The notes beneath the pieces were generated by a model, which saw nothing but the letters and a program-made list of their open reading frames with translations, searched no databases and had not been told where the DNA came from. A program made the translations under genes and the position numbers. From Blastocatellia bacterium (GTDB taxonomy: Bacteria > Acidobacteriota > Blastocatellia > RBC074), in the NCBI GenBank assembly GCA_043719385.1, contig JAYSTY010000534.1, forward strand, positions 1 to 54,083: a stretch of DNA of 54,083 bases, read 5' to 3'. Shown in pieces: positions 1 to 9,924 of the stretch (its first letter is position 1; each line of letters starts with the position of its first letter).

Positions 1-1
1 T

Positions 2-1306
2 GCTTGGGGCTATCTTGCTAATGCCTGTAAAACCGTTACTAAATGCGAGAGCTTTAATTGTGAAGATAACAATGCGCCTTTTATTAAGACAACCTTAATA
101 GAAGCGGCTCACTATTCTGATCCTCCTATAACGGCATATCAAGATTGGGATGGTCGTAGTTGGGGTAGCCCTGCGGCACGCATTGATGCAGCAGAAGGAA
201 TCATGCGGCTTACCGAAAAAGCTTCATGTGCGGGCGAGGAATTATTTGAAATGGTTGAGCATCTGGCGAATGACCCAGTGCCACCTGTACGATTTATGAT
301 TGCTCGAGGTCTCACGCTGCTTTACCAGTCAAACCCAAAACTAATGTGGAAGTTATTTGACAACTTCAGTCAATTCGAAAATGACAATGGGGTCTTAAGT
401 GGCTTTGTCGCAAACGGTCTAAGAAATTTGGCATTTTATGATGCTGATCGCGTAGCACCACTCGTGAGGATTATTTTTGATCGTGTTAGTGGTGATGATC
501 AAGCATCTGAAACCAGGCAGTGCTGTACCGATATTTTTACAGGACTATATATTTGGCAAAACCAAATTGTCTGTGAAGAAACATTGCAGATGATTATTAA
601 TGATCCTGTGAAATTCAATACTGAGGCTCATCGGATAGCCTTCAATCTACGTGCTCAACTCAATTTAGGATCAACTGAGTCACCCAACGCCGAGCATAAT
701 AAAGTTCGAGTAAAATCATTTACCATATTGCAACAGTTGCTGACTTCAACACTAAATCAGGCGAAAGAATTGAACTCAAAATACGCCAAAGATTTGCCCT
801 TTTCTTCGTGGAGTGAGCCTGATCAGAAAAAGGCGAGTGACCTTGCGCATCTGGCTGATTCAATCGGCATGCAAATATATTTTGCGTCTGGTGCTTTTCA
901 GGATAACGATACTGAAGACCCTGTTCCGCGTGGTGTTTTAGAGCAAACACGTTTCTGGAAACATGCTCGCCCTATCTTGGAATTGTTGGCTGAATTTGAG
1001 TATGCAGGGTTGGTGCATCATCTAATACAAACATTAGAATATTTGCTTCCATTTGACCCTCTCGAAATATTCCTACTCATTGGCAAAGTCTTGAAAAAAG
1101 GTAAAGAAGGAGGGTATCAATACGAATCAATGGCAATTACCCTGATTGTCAAAATTATTGAGCAATTTATTACCGAATATCCTCAGTATCTGCAAGAAAG
1201 TGAAGCTTGTCGTCGCACGTTGATTGAGATACTGGATATTTTTGTTGATGCAGGCTGGCCTGCTGCTAGAAGGCTTACATATCGGTTGGAAGAAATCTTT
1301 CGTTAA
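2..1306 (+). CDS. C-terminal part (5' end outside window) of a large helical-repeat protein, possibly a STAND NTPase / Avs2-like anti-phage protein
   Basis: The frame is open from base 2 (AWGYLANACK...WGSPAARIDAAEGIM) into the listed 203..1306 ORF. It is helical/HEAT-like and ends LDIFVDAGWPAARRLTYRLEEIFR, which I recall as a typical terminus of large NACHT/AVAST type 2-like ATPases. It is AT-richer than its neighbours. No NTPase motif is visible in the window. Confidence 0.5.
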   Translation, partial: AWGYLANACKTVTKCESFNCEDNNAPFIKTTLIEAAHYSDPPITAYQDWDGRSWGSPAARIDAAEGIMRLTEKASCAGEELFEMVEHLANDPVPPVRFMIARGLTLLYQSNPKLMWKLFDNFSQFENDNGVLSGFVANGLRNLAFYDADRVAPLVRIIFDRVSGDDQASETRQCCTDIFTGLYIWQNQIVCEETLQMIINDPVKFNTEAHRIAFNLRAQLNLGSTESPNAEHNKVRVKSFTILQQLLTSTLNQAKELNSKYAKDLPFSSWSEPDQKKASDLAHLADSIGMQIYFASGAFQDNDTEDPVPRGVLEQTRFWKHARPILELLAEFEYAGLVHHLIQTLEYLLPFDPLEIFLLIGKVLKKGKEGGYQYESMAITLIVKIIEQFITEYPQYLQESEACRRTLIEILDIFVDAGWPAARRLTYRLEEIFR

Positions 1307-1464
1307 GACTGCTTACAACTTCTGCGTATTGCTTCGTGCTTGAGAGAGTTTTCTATGCACATCAAGTTACTCAGCCCAAAATATTTTTTCTACTTGCACA
1401 AAATTCGCAGCATAAACTTATCAAGGAGATGAGTTGTTCTTTCGGGTTTGGTATTATCCCTGTT

Positions 1465-1873
1465 ATGAAAGCCCCACAAAAAAAGTTTCTACTCATCGTC
1501 GGCACGCTTTTGTGCTTGTGCTTTAGCGTTTCAATTTTTGCTCAGGAAACACGCATTGTTTGGGAGCCTGTCGCCCCTGGAATTTGGTCTGTGCGCATCG
1601 GTACTCCCGAAGCCTTAGACCTGCTGAAAACCGCAGGCATTAATCCAAACACCGAAGCTCTAACTAAACTCGGCGCGGCAAAAATTCCTTGGCAGTTTCA
1701 AGTTGTACGATGATGATGGCGAGACGTTCAATTATGAGCGTGGCGAGTATATGTGGACAACGTTATTGGCGAAAAGAAATACTAATGGAAATCTAATCGG
1801 GGAAGCAATTACACCGACGAAAAGCCAATCACGTTACCGTGATTTTAAATGGGTCTTCATGACAAAACCGTAA
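1465..1873 (+). pseudogene. Internally deleted glycoside hydrolase family 31 gene
   Basis: Signal peptide and N-terminus (MKAPQKKFLL...WEPVAPGIWSVRIGTPE) run to ~1690. A second frame from 1691 reads GSFKLYDDDGETFNYERGEY...FMTKP* (stop 1871-1873), the LYDDDGxTxxY motif of GH31 C-terminal domains. The catalytic barrel is absent. Confidence 0.75.
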
Positions 1874-1926
1874 ATATCAGTTAAAAATTATTTGCAAAAG
1901 AAATGAATTCTTCTGAGTAAACAACC

Positions 1927-2739
1927 ATGAAAACAATTCTATTATTTATCCTCGCCCTGCTTCTGCCCGCAACCACTTTGCTGGCGCAAAATGATTTGCC
2001 GAAAGATAAATCGAAACTCCATCTGTATCTGCTCATCGGGCAATCGAACATGGCGGGACGCGGCGCGATTGAAGAGCAGGATAAGCTGACCGATCCGAAA
2101 ATTTTCGCGTATGATAAATTCGGAAAATGGGTCACGGCGACGGAGCCATTACATCAGGATCGGGAAACAAATTTGGGGATGGGGCCGGGGATTAACTTTG
2201 CGCGGGAGCTACGAAAACAGGACGCAAAATTAATTATCGGATTGATCCCATGCGCAGTTGGCGGGACTTCGATGAGTCGCTGGATCAAAGGTGGCGATCT
2301 GTATGAACGTGCTGTTCAGCGAACAAAGGAAGCAATGCAAAACGGGACACTGAAAGGCATTCTCTGGCATCAGGGCGAAAATGAAACGGATGATGAGACA
2401 CGCGCCAAAGCTTATGGGGCTACACTGGCGCAGATGATCGCAGATTTACGCGCCGACCTGAACGCGCCTGACGTTCCGTTCATTGCCGGACAGTTGGGAG
2501 AGTTTTTATATGCGCGGAAAGATAATAAATTCGTCTTTGCTCGTGTCGTCAATGAAGGCATTGCAACCTTGCCAGCAAAGGGGTTGCTCATCGGTGTAGT
2601 CTCTTCGCAAGGGCTGGGACACAAAGGCGATGAGCTACATTTTGATGCGGCGGCGCAACGCGAAATGGGGAAGCGGTATGCGGCAGAATTGGTTAGATTG
2701 AGGAAGATGCAGAAGGCGTCCAAAAATAAGAAAAAATAA
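1927..2739 (+). CDS. Secreted SASA / CE6-type SGNH acetylesterase
   Basis: Signal peptide; GQSNMAGRG, WHQGE and DELHF motifs. Confidence 0.9.
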   Translation: MKTILLFILALLLPATTLLAQNDLPKDKSKLHLYLLIGQSNMAGRGAIEEQDKLTDPKIFAYDKFGKWVTATEPLHQDRETNLGMGPGINFARELRKQDAKLIIGLIPCAVGGTSMSRWIKGGDLYERAVQRTKEAMQNGTLKGILWHQGENETDDETRAKAYGATLAQMIADLRADLNAPDVPFIAGQLGEFLYARKDNKFVFARVVNEGIATLPAKGLLIGVVSSQGLGHKGDELHFDAAAQREMGKRYAAELVRLRKMQKASKNKKK

Positions 2740-2753
2740 TTCAATACAAAATC

Positions 2754-2815
2754 GCTGACAGAGAAATGAGGGCAGAAAAAAAGTCTGATTATTTTTGCCC
2801 TCATTTTTTGCCAGC
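2754..2815. repeat. REP-like intergenic hairpin, family A copy 1
   Basis: gctgacagagaaatgagggcagaaaaa...atttttgccctcattttttgccagc forms an imperfect inverted repeat; a related copy lies at 9831-9898. Confidence 0.8.
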
Positions 2816-2834
2816 CTGTATTTTAATAGCTATC

Positions 2835-5003
2835 ATGAGTTTGATGAACATTGCCCAGGCCAAAGAAATTCTCAAACACCAATTCGGTTATGATTCATTT
2901 CGGATGAATCAGGAAGCTGCGATTGAAGCGGTCTTAGCCAAAAAAGATTGCGTCGTCCTGATGCCTACCGGCGGAGGCAAATCGCTTTGTTATCAAATTC
3001 CAGCGTTGATGCTGGATGGCTTAACGCTGGTCGTTTCGCCGTTAATTGCGTTAATGAAAGATCAGGTTGACGCGCTCAGAACCAACGGTGTCGAAGCCGC
3101 ATTTTTGAATTCTACGCAATCAGGGCAGCAACAGGCTGAAGTTTTTAAATCAATTCGTGAAGACAAATTGAAGCTGCTGTACGTCGCGCCTGAACGCCTG
3201 TTGCAAAGCGGCGATCAATTTATTGACTACCTCAAAGGTATCAACGTTTCATTATTTGCGATTGACGAAGCGCATTGTATCTCCAGTTGGGGACACGATT
3301 TTCGCCCGGAATATATTCAGCTTGGCAAACTCAAATCTCACTTTCCTGACATTCCTTTAATTGCGCTGACGGCGACGGCGGACAAGCTGGTTCGCAAAGA
3401 TATTATCGAGCGATTGAATGTCGAACATGCTGAACTTTTTGTTTCGAGCTTTAATCGTCCGAACATTTTTTATGGCGTCCAGCCGAAGAAAAATCATTAT
3501 CCGCAACTGCTGGATTACCTCGAAGGACGCAAAGGGGAAAGCGGAATTATTTATTGCCTGAGCCGAAAATCCGTCGAAAGCCTTGCCGCAGATTTACAGG
3601 ATGAAGGCTTCGCGGCGTTGCCTTATCACGCGGGACTCGACAAAGAAACACGCGACAAAAATCAGGAATTATTTTTAAAAGACGAAGCGAAAATCATCGT
3701 CGCTACGATTGCGTTCGGGATGGGAATTGATAAATCCAATGTGCGTTTTGTCGTGCATTGCGATTTGCCAAAAAACATCGAAAGTTATTATCAGGAAACA
3801 GGGCGCGCCGGACGCGATGGTTTGCAAAGCGACGCGTTATTATTTTTTAGCTGGGGCGATGTTTCTAAGTTAGAAGATTTTGCGCGGGTCGAAGGCAACG
3901 CGGAGCAATCCGAAATCATGCTGAAAAAGCTCAAGATTATGGGCAATTTTGGCGATTTGAAAACCTGCCGTCGAAAATTTCTGCTTAATTATTTTGCCGA
4001 AGAAACGATTGAAGTTTGCGGCAACTGCGACAATTGCCAGACAGAATTTGAACGCTTCGACGGGACGATCATCGCACAAAAAGCGTTGAGCGCAGTCACG
4101 CGAACAGGTCAAAAATTTGGGTTGAGTTACCTGATTGATTTCCTGCGCGGTTCACAGGCAAAGGCCATTCGTGATGAACATAAGAATTTGAAAACTTACG
4201 GCGTCGGCGCGGATATTTCCAAAGAAAACTGGTTTGATTATTTTCGGGATTTGATGTCGCAGGGGTACTTAAAACAAACCGAAGGACAATATCCGGTGCT
4301 TGTTCTCACCGAAAAAAGTAATGATGTTTTGCGCGGAAATGTGCAGGTAGATTTGATCAAAGTCAAAGCTAAGCTGGAGAAAAAATCATCGCTGATCAGT
4401 GAAGCTGCGTATCTGCATTTGCCAGATTTACTCGACAATTTGAAGCAACTCCGAATGAAGTTAGCAACGAAGGAAAGCGTTCCTGCGTATATTATTTTTT
4501 CGGATGCAACCTTGGTTGAACTCGCTACATATTTGCCATTGAATGAAAACGAAATGCAGAAAATTTCCGGCGTCGGCGATCTGAAGTTGCAAAAATACGG
4601 CGCGGAGTTTTTGCAGGCAATCAATCATTATTGCGCAGCCAATCAGCTCACCTCACGGATTCACCTGAAAGTGCCGAAGCGTGTCCCAAAAACGCGAACG
4701 AAACGTGATGCCGATGGCAACACAACGTTCGGTCTTTCGCTGGACATGTTTTTGTCGGGGCTTGCGGTTGGTGAAATTGCCCGGCAGCGTAGTCTTGCAG
4801 TAAGCACAATTGAAGGTCATCTTCTGCGTTATCTTCCCACTGGCGAAATAAATCTGGAAGACCTTGTCGCGGATGAGAAAGTTGCCGTGATTCAAAATGC
4901 TCTCATCACACATGGAGCAAAAAAATCTATTGCAGAAATTAAAGAAATCCTGGGCGAAGATTTCAGCTACGGCGAAATCAGGGCAGTGCTGGCAACGCTT
5001 TAG
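2835..5003 (+). CDS. recQ: ATP-dependent DNA helicase RecQ
   Basis: PTGGGKSLCYQ, DEAHCIS and YYQETGRAGRDG motifs; Zn site CGNCDNC; RQC, HRDC and C-terminal HTH domains. Start moved from 2766, which lies inside the palindrome, to ATG 2835. Confidence 0.97.
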   Translation: MSLMNIAQAKEILKHQFGYDSFRMNQEAAIEAVLAKKDCVVLMPTGGGKSLCYQIPALMLDGLTLVVSPLIALMKDQVDALRTNGVEAAFLNSTQSGQQQAEVFKSIREDKLKLLYVAPERLLQSGDQFIDYLKGINVSLFAIDEAHCISSWGHDFRPEYIQLGKLKSHFPDIPLIALTATADKLVRKDIIERLNVEHAELFVSSFNRPNIFYGVQPKKNHYPQLLDYLEGRKGESGIIYCLSRKSVESLAADLQDEGFAALPYHAGLDKETRDKNQELFLKDEAKIIVATIAFGMGIDKSNVRFVVHCDLPKNIESYYQETGRAGRDGLQSDALLFFSWGDVSKLEDFARVEGNAEQSEIMLKKLKIMGNFGDLKTCRRKFLLNYFAEETIEVCGNCDNCQTEFERFDGTIIAQKALSAVTRTGQKFGLSYLIDFLRGSQAKAIRDEHKNLKTYGVGADISKENWFDYFRDLMSQGYLKQTEGQYPVLVLTEKSNDVLRGNVQVDLIKVKAKLEKKSSLISEAAYLHLPDLLDNLKQLRMKLATKESVPAYIIFSDATLVELATYLPLNENEMQKISGVGDLKLQKYGAEFLQAINHYCAANQLTSRIHLKVPKRVPKTRTKRDADGNTTFGLSLDMFLSGLAVGEIARQRSLAVSTIEGHLLRYLPTGEINLEDLVADEKVAVIQNALITHGAKKSIAEIKEILGEDFSYGEIRAVLATL

Positions 5004-5018
5004 AGAGGCTGGTGCAAC

Positions 5019-8000
5019 TCAAGGCTTCTTCGCTGGCGGCGTAATTAATTTTTCTTTTTCGGTAGCCGTATTGAATTGCTGATAACCTGTGAATTCAAAT
5101 ACTACATCCCAGTTCAAACCATAAAACGCAGAACCATCGCCATCCGCATTCATCCGAATCACGGACGGAAACCATTCACCACTCGGCAATTTTGTTTGTT
5201 GGTAAACCAGCTTTGGTTCGGGGCTGATACGGAGCGGTTTTCCAGCTTTATCGAGTCCGGGAACAATATTTTTGGCTTCGATGCGGACGATGATTTTGTC
5301 ATTCGCATCAATCCAAATTGTACCAAGCAAATTTGTCGTGAAGGCTTTGGCGATGGGAAGCTTTGCGCCAATGCGCGGCGTAAAATCCAGCACAATCATT
5401 TCGCGGCCATTCAGGATTTCCGTGCGCGGATCAGTGAAATCGCAGGCCTGCAAAAAGGCTGTTGGATCAATCAGTAACCCTGCATATTTGCCGCGATACG
5501 AACCACTCACGGCGGCGGTCAGGTAACTTTTCAATTCTGTGACTTTATCGGTATCGGCTCTTTCAAGTTCGCCGCCCGCTTGTTTGCGCTCCTGCTCAAT
5601 TTCCCAATCTGCCAGCTTCTTTCCGTTGTCAGCAATTTTAATCAGGACGTGACGACCGCGTACTGGATACGCCTCGTAATCCTGAAATTCTTCTTTGGTG
5701 GGATGACCTTCATCGTTGAGTGTATGCTGGACTTTGCGAAGCTGATACGTGAAGCCCAACAATTTTTGATGCAACGCGACACCGTTTTTATTGGCTTCGT
5801 TGAGCAGTTCATTGATGTTCACTGCCGCGCCGCTAAAGCTTTTGTTGTTGCTCAGCACGGCTGTCGCCTTCAGCACGGCGTCGCTAATTCCAACGGTTGA
5901 AATTGGAGGAATAATATTTTTTACTTCCTTTGCTTCGGGAAGAACTTCACTTTCAGCAGGAGCGTTAGAAGCCTTTGTTTGTGCGGTTGCCGTGACGATT
6001 GCTTTCGTTGGATTGGGATTTGTCAGCGTAAATTTTGTAAAAGTTTCGGCTGTTGCATTCGCCTGATTGACGATGGCTTTGACCTGATATTCGCCGGATG
6101 CAAAGCTGTCAATCGGGATGCTGAAAATATACTGAATACGTCCGAGTTCGTCCGGCGCAGGCAAATCCATCGCCGTCTGCGCAACGATTTTTTCGGCTTG
6201 TGAAAAGGACAAAATTAATTGCGCTTTTTCTTTTGAATTTGTGTACGCGGTCACAAAAAACCCTACGCCTTTGGCAGCTTCGGCGGAGACATTATTTTCA
6301 AAATCAGGGACGACACGACCGTTCGCGGTGAGCAATGGCTTGTCTGCTTCGGATTTGTTTATCTCCGTTGGGGCAAGTCCCCGAATAAGCGTCAAGCTGC
6401 TGAGTGCAAGATTTGGGGTTACTTCGGGGACAGTGAATGGGCGGTTGTTTGTACTGGTTTTGTTCGCTTCAAAATCATGTACGACAGTTTGCAATGTATA
6501 TTTTCCAGGTGCGAGCGAAAATGGTTTCGTGAAATCGAAATTGCCTTTTTTCAGACTCTCTAATCGTTCGAGCTTGCCTTGCAATGGATAATCCTGACTG
6601 ACGCGCGTCACGACTTCACCCTTTTCATTTTTCACGAGCGCCAGCACTGCAAAATGTGTGCTGTATTGTTTTTTCGCTTTGTCTTGCTTAAAAGAAATTT
6701 CAGACAGCGGCACTGCCATCATCAACACGTGTTGTGATTGCGCGCCGGGAGCAAAGCGCAAGATTCCGAATTGATAAGGGAAATCTTTTTTTTGTGAAGC
6801 CTCATTCAACGCTGCAAGCATCGGCATTTCGTAGCCCATCACTGCCTTGCCGTCTACTGCCGGAATCGCAAAATAACCGCTGCGCGAAGTGACTTTAATA
6901 TCCGAACGCATCAGCTTAATTGTGATCTTACGAAATTTTCCGTCGAGTTCCTGCGCCACAGGTGAATACGAAATTGCGTAATACGAACCAATCTCATCCG
7001 CAACTTGTCGAATCGGTTTGCGCAAATCGTTCGTGTTGGCGATAAGCGCTCCGCCTGTGCCTTCGGCTAATTCTGCCAGCGTCCCTTGTTTGTTTTGGCG
7101 AATACTGCTTTCGACAACTTCGCTGGATTTGAATGAACCCGCGAGCGCAGACATGCTGCCGCCTTCGTTGAAGGCATCGTTTCTGCCCTGAATCGCCAGC
7201 GCCATTTGCGCACGTGCGTTGGTGCTCTCGTTATCAATTTGCAAGCCCCGCGCATCAATGGCGTAGATGCTGACGTTGGCGCGATTGGCTTCGCTCATTG
7301 CTGTTCGCAACACGTCTACTAAATTTGGAGGTACGACCATTCCCGTTGAAAAATACAGCAGCGTTTTGCGACCACTTAACAAGCGTTGTTCACGCGCTAC
7401 GTGCAGGAAGGTGTAGAGCGAAGAGCGTGCCTGTTGTTCCGCCTGCGCGGTTTCGACGGCCAATAAAGTATTGAGCGTAATTTGTGCGATAGCTTTATCA
7501 ACGGGGCTTCCACCACGCCCGATTCCCGTTGGGGCGATCCCGCTCGGCATCGTAGGAATTGCCGGATTGGAGTTTGAAATTACAGCGGCTTGCGCCTGTG
7601 CGGGAGCGCCTGCGCCGGGGCCGAAGTCAGCGGAATTCGCTATGATTTCCATCTGCGCCACGATGTTTTTGGAAACGGAAGAAAACTGTGTTTCGGCACG
7701 ATTCGTGGCGAGTTCGATGGCCAGTCTGACTTTTTCTTTGTCAGATGTGAATGATTGCAAAACGTAAAAACGATTGCCGACGGTGTAAACCGCAACCAGC
7801 ACATTTTGCCGCATTCCGGTATTGATAAAATCAAGCGCAGCTTCGCGGGCGAGCTTACGACTGCTGTTGTCGAGGTTATCAAAAACCATCGTGACCAGAT
7901 TGATCGGACGCGCAGGATCAACGGGGAAACTGGTCGGATTGGTTTTATCTGTATTGGTGGTGTTCGTTGTTGTTGGATCAGTTTCGACCAGTCGCAATGA

Positions 8001-8213
8001 AACGATGGATTGTCTGACGCCATCTTCGTAAACTTCAATTTCTTCAGGCTTGAGGTCACGGACGTTACGACCTTTTTTGTCGCGGGCGATGACATCTAAC
8101 AAGACTTCTTTCGAGCCAATTTTTACCGATGGCTCAGCAGGTTGCCCTTGTGCCAGCAGCGGCGATGAAGTGAAACTTAGAAAAACGAGAATGAAAAAAA
8201 TCCGACCACACAT
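5019..8213 (-). CDS. Secreted acidobacterial VWA-domain protein (TIGR03436-like) with an extra C-terminal beta-rich domain
   Basis: Signal peptide; VLLDVIARDKKG...EVYEDG, GRKTLLYFSTG, ANVSIYAIDARGL, LAEGTGG and YYAISYSP...GKFRKI motifs. Confidence 0.85.
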   Translation of the reverse strand: MCGRIFFILVFLSFTSSPLLAQGQPAEPSVKIGSKEVLLDVIARDKKGRNVRDLKPEEIEVYEDGVRQSIVSLRLVETDPTTTNTTNTDKTNPTSFPVDPARPINLVTMVFDNLDNSSRKLAREAALDFINTGMRQNVLVAVYTVGNRFYVLQSFTSDKEKVRLAIELATNRAETQFSSVSKNIVAQMEIIANSADFGPGAGAPAQAQAAVISNSNPAIPTMPSGIAPTGIGRGGSPVDKAIAQITLNTLLAVETAQAEQQARSSLYTFLHVAREQRLLSGRKTLLYFSTGMVVPPNLVDVLRTAMSEANRANVSIYAIDARGLQIDNESTNARAQMALAIQGRNDAFNEGGSMSALAGSFKSSEVVESSIRQNKQGTLAELAEGTGGALIANTNDLRKPIRQVADEIGSYYAISYSPVAQELDGKFRKITIKLMRSDIKVTSRSGYFAIPAVDGKAVMGYEMPMLAALNEASQKKDFPYQFGILRFAPGAQSQHVLMMAVPLSEISFKQDKAKKQYSTHFAVLALVKNEKGEVVTRVSQDYPLQGKLERLESLKKGNFDFTKPFSLAPGKYTLQTVVHDFEANKTSTNNRPFTVPEVTPNLALSSLTLIRGLAPTEINKSEADKPLLTANGRVVPDFENNVSAEAAKGVGFFVTAYTNSKEKAQLILSFSQAEKIVAQTAMDLPAPDELGRIQYIFSIPIDSFASGEYQVKAIVNQANATAETFTKFTLTNPNPTKAIVTATAQTKASNAPAESEVLPEAKEVKNIIPPISTVGISDAVLKATAVLSNNKSFSGAAVNINELLNEANKNGVALHQKLLGFTYQLRKVQHTLNDEGHPTKEEFQDYEAYPVRGRHVLIKIADNGKKLADWEIEQERKQAGGELERADTDKVTELKSYLTAAVSGSYRGKYAGLLIDPTAFLQACDFTDPRTEILNGREMIVLDFTPRIGAKLPIAKAFTTNLLGTIWIDANDKIIVRIEAKNIVPGLDKAGKPLRISPEPKLVYQQTKLPSGEWFPSVIRMNADGDGSAFYGLNWDVVFEFTGYQQFNTATEKEKLITPPAKKP

Positions 8214-8404
8214 AAGGAACTCACTACCAATGAAATTCTTTCAGAAGATTTGCAGGGAAAGAAGTAGAGCGCAAACGATTATGATGGATGTCACGAAAAC
8301 TTCAAAATACTTATACATAAAACAAGTTTGCTGTCTCGCCTTCGCAAGGCAAGTTGCGTTAGTATTCATCTTCAACTTTTGACATTACGATTCAAATAAA
8401 AAAT

Positions 8405-9826
8405 ATGACTATGAAAATTACGCTACCCGATGACCGCTATTTTGATTCCGACCCGCAACAAAAAGAAATTGCGCTTCGACTTTATAATTTAGTCAAAGAC
8501 AAACCGCTGGTCTGCCCGCACGGACACGTAGACCCGGCGATGTTTGCTGATCCGAATTATTCGTTTGGCTCACCCGCCGATTTATTGCTGATTCCCGATC
8601 ACTACATTTTCAGGATGCTGTATTCGCAGGGTATCCCAATGGAAAACCTGGGAGTCCCGCGCATTGACGGCGGCGCAGTCGAACAGGATCATCGCAAAAT
8701 CTGGAAAATCTTTGCAGACAATTTTCATCTGTTTCGCGGGACTCCAACGGGGATGTGGTTCGCGCACGAGATGAAAGAAGTTTTCGGCGTCGAAGAAAAA
8801 TTGTGCAGCGAAAATGCCAGTGAAATTTACGATCACATCGCCGCGAAATTGGCTACGCCGGAGTTTCGTCCCCGTGCGATGTTCGAGCGCTTCAATATCG
8901 AAGTGTTAGCTACAACTGATGCGGCTTCGGATTCATTAGAACACCACAAAGCAATTCGTGAATCCGGTTGGCAGGGACGCGTCGTGCCGACCTTCCGTCC
9001 CGATGGCGTAGTCAATATTGATCGTCCTGACTGGCTGGATCAAATTGATGCGCTCGGCGAAACGATGGGCCACGACATCAGCAACTACAAAAAACTGATC
9101 CAGGCGCTGGAAGACCGTCGCGCATTTTTCAAATCCATGGGAGCCACAGCAACCGATCACGCGGCGCAAACTCCGTTTACGGGAGAGCTGACCGACATCG
9201 AAGCCAATGCAATTTTTGAACGCGCTCTCGAAGGCGAAACCGACGAAGAAGACGCGATGCTGTTCACCGGACACATGCTCATGGAAATGGCACGGATGAG
9301 CATTGAAGACGGTTTGGTGATGCAATTTCATTCCGGTTCGTACCGCAATCACAACGAAATTATTTTCGATAAATTCGGATTCGATAAAGGCTGCGACATT
9401 CCGATTGCAGTTGATTACACCGAAAGTCTGGAGCCGTTGCTCAACAAATACTGCAACGATCCGCGCCTGTCGCTGATTTTGTTTACGCTGGACGAAACGA
9501 CGTATTCACGCGAACTTGCGCCGATTGCCGGACATTATCCGGCGGTCAAGCTCGGTCCGCCCTGGTGGTTTCACGATAGCTGGAATGGCATGAAACACTT
9601 CCGCGATCAGGTGATGGAAACGGCGGGCGTTTACAATACCACTGGATTTAATGACGACACGCGAGCGTTCCCTTCAATTCCGGCGAGACATGATTTAGCA
9701 CGCAGGTCAGACGCCAACTGGATTGCAAATTTAGTGGTGCGCGGCGTGATTGATATGGAAGACGCCGAAGAAATGATCCACGATCTGGCGTATCGGTTGG
9801 CGAAGAGGGCTTATAAATTTGAATAA
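8405..9826 (+). CDS. uxaC: Uronate (glucuronate/galacturonate) isomerase
   Basis: PHGHVDP, PDHYIFRML, PTFRPD, WWFHDS and FNDDTRAF..IPARHD motifs; 473 aa. Confidence 0.95.
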   Translation: MTMKITLPDDRYFDSDPQQKEIALRLYNLVKDKPLVCPHGHVDPAMFADPNYSFGSPADLLLIPDHYIFRMLYSQGIPMENLGVPRIDGGAVEQDHRKIWKIFADNFHLFRGTPTGMWFAHEMKEVFGVEEKLCSENASEIYDHIAAKLATPEFRPRAMFERFNIEVLATTDAASDSLEHHKAIRESGWQGRVVPTFRPDGVVNIDRPDWLDQIDALGETMGHDISNYKKLIQALEDRRAFFKSMGATATDHAAQTPFTGELTDIEANAIFERALEGETDEEDAMLFTGHMLMEMARMSIEDGLVMQFHSGSYRNHNEIIFDKFGFDKGCDIPIAVDYTESLEPLLNKYCNDPRLSLILFTLDETTYSRELAPIAGHYPAVKLGPPWWFHDSWNGMKHFRDQVMETAGVYNTTGFNDDTRAFPSIPARHDLARRSDANWIANLVVRGVIDMEDAEEMIHDLAYRLAKRAYKFE

Positions 9827-9830
9827 GAGG

Positions 9831-9898
9831 CTGACAGAAAAATGGGGGCAGAAAAATTAAATCGTTAAATAATTTTTTTGCCCTCATTTTTCTGTCAG
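9831..9898. repeat. REP-like intergenic hairpin, family A copy 2
   Basis: ctgacagaaaaatgggggcagaaaaatt...aatttttttgccctcatttttctgtcag, a long near-perfect inverted repeat just after the uxaC stop. Confidence 0.85.
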
Positions 9899-9924
9899 TA
9901 TTCTTCGTACTCAATAGGAACATA

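Noticed and set aside
2766-2834. N-terminal extensions of RecQ (also zwf 30651, hydrolase 25705, redoxin fusion 49366, kinase 54046)
   Set aside because: The extensions run through palindromes, intergenic DNA or an upstream gene; downstream ATGs fit better by RBS, signal peptide or family start.
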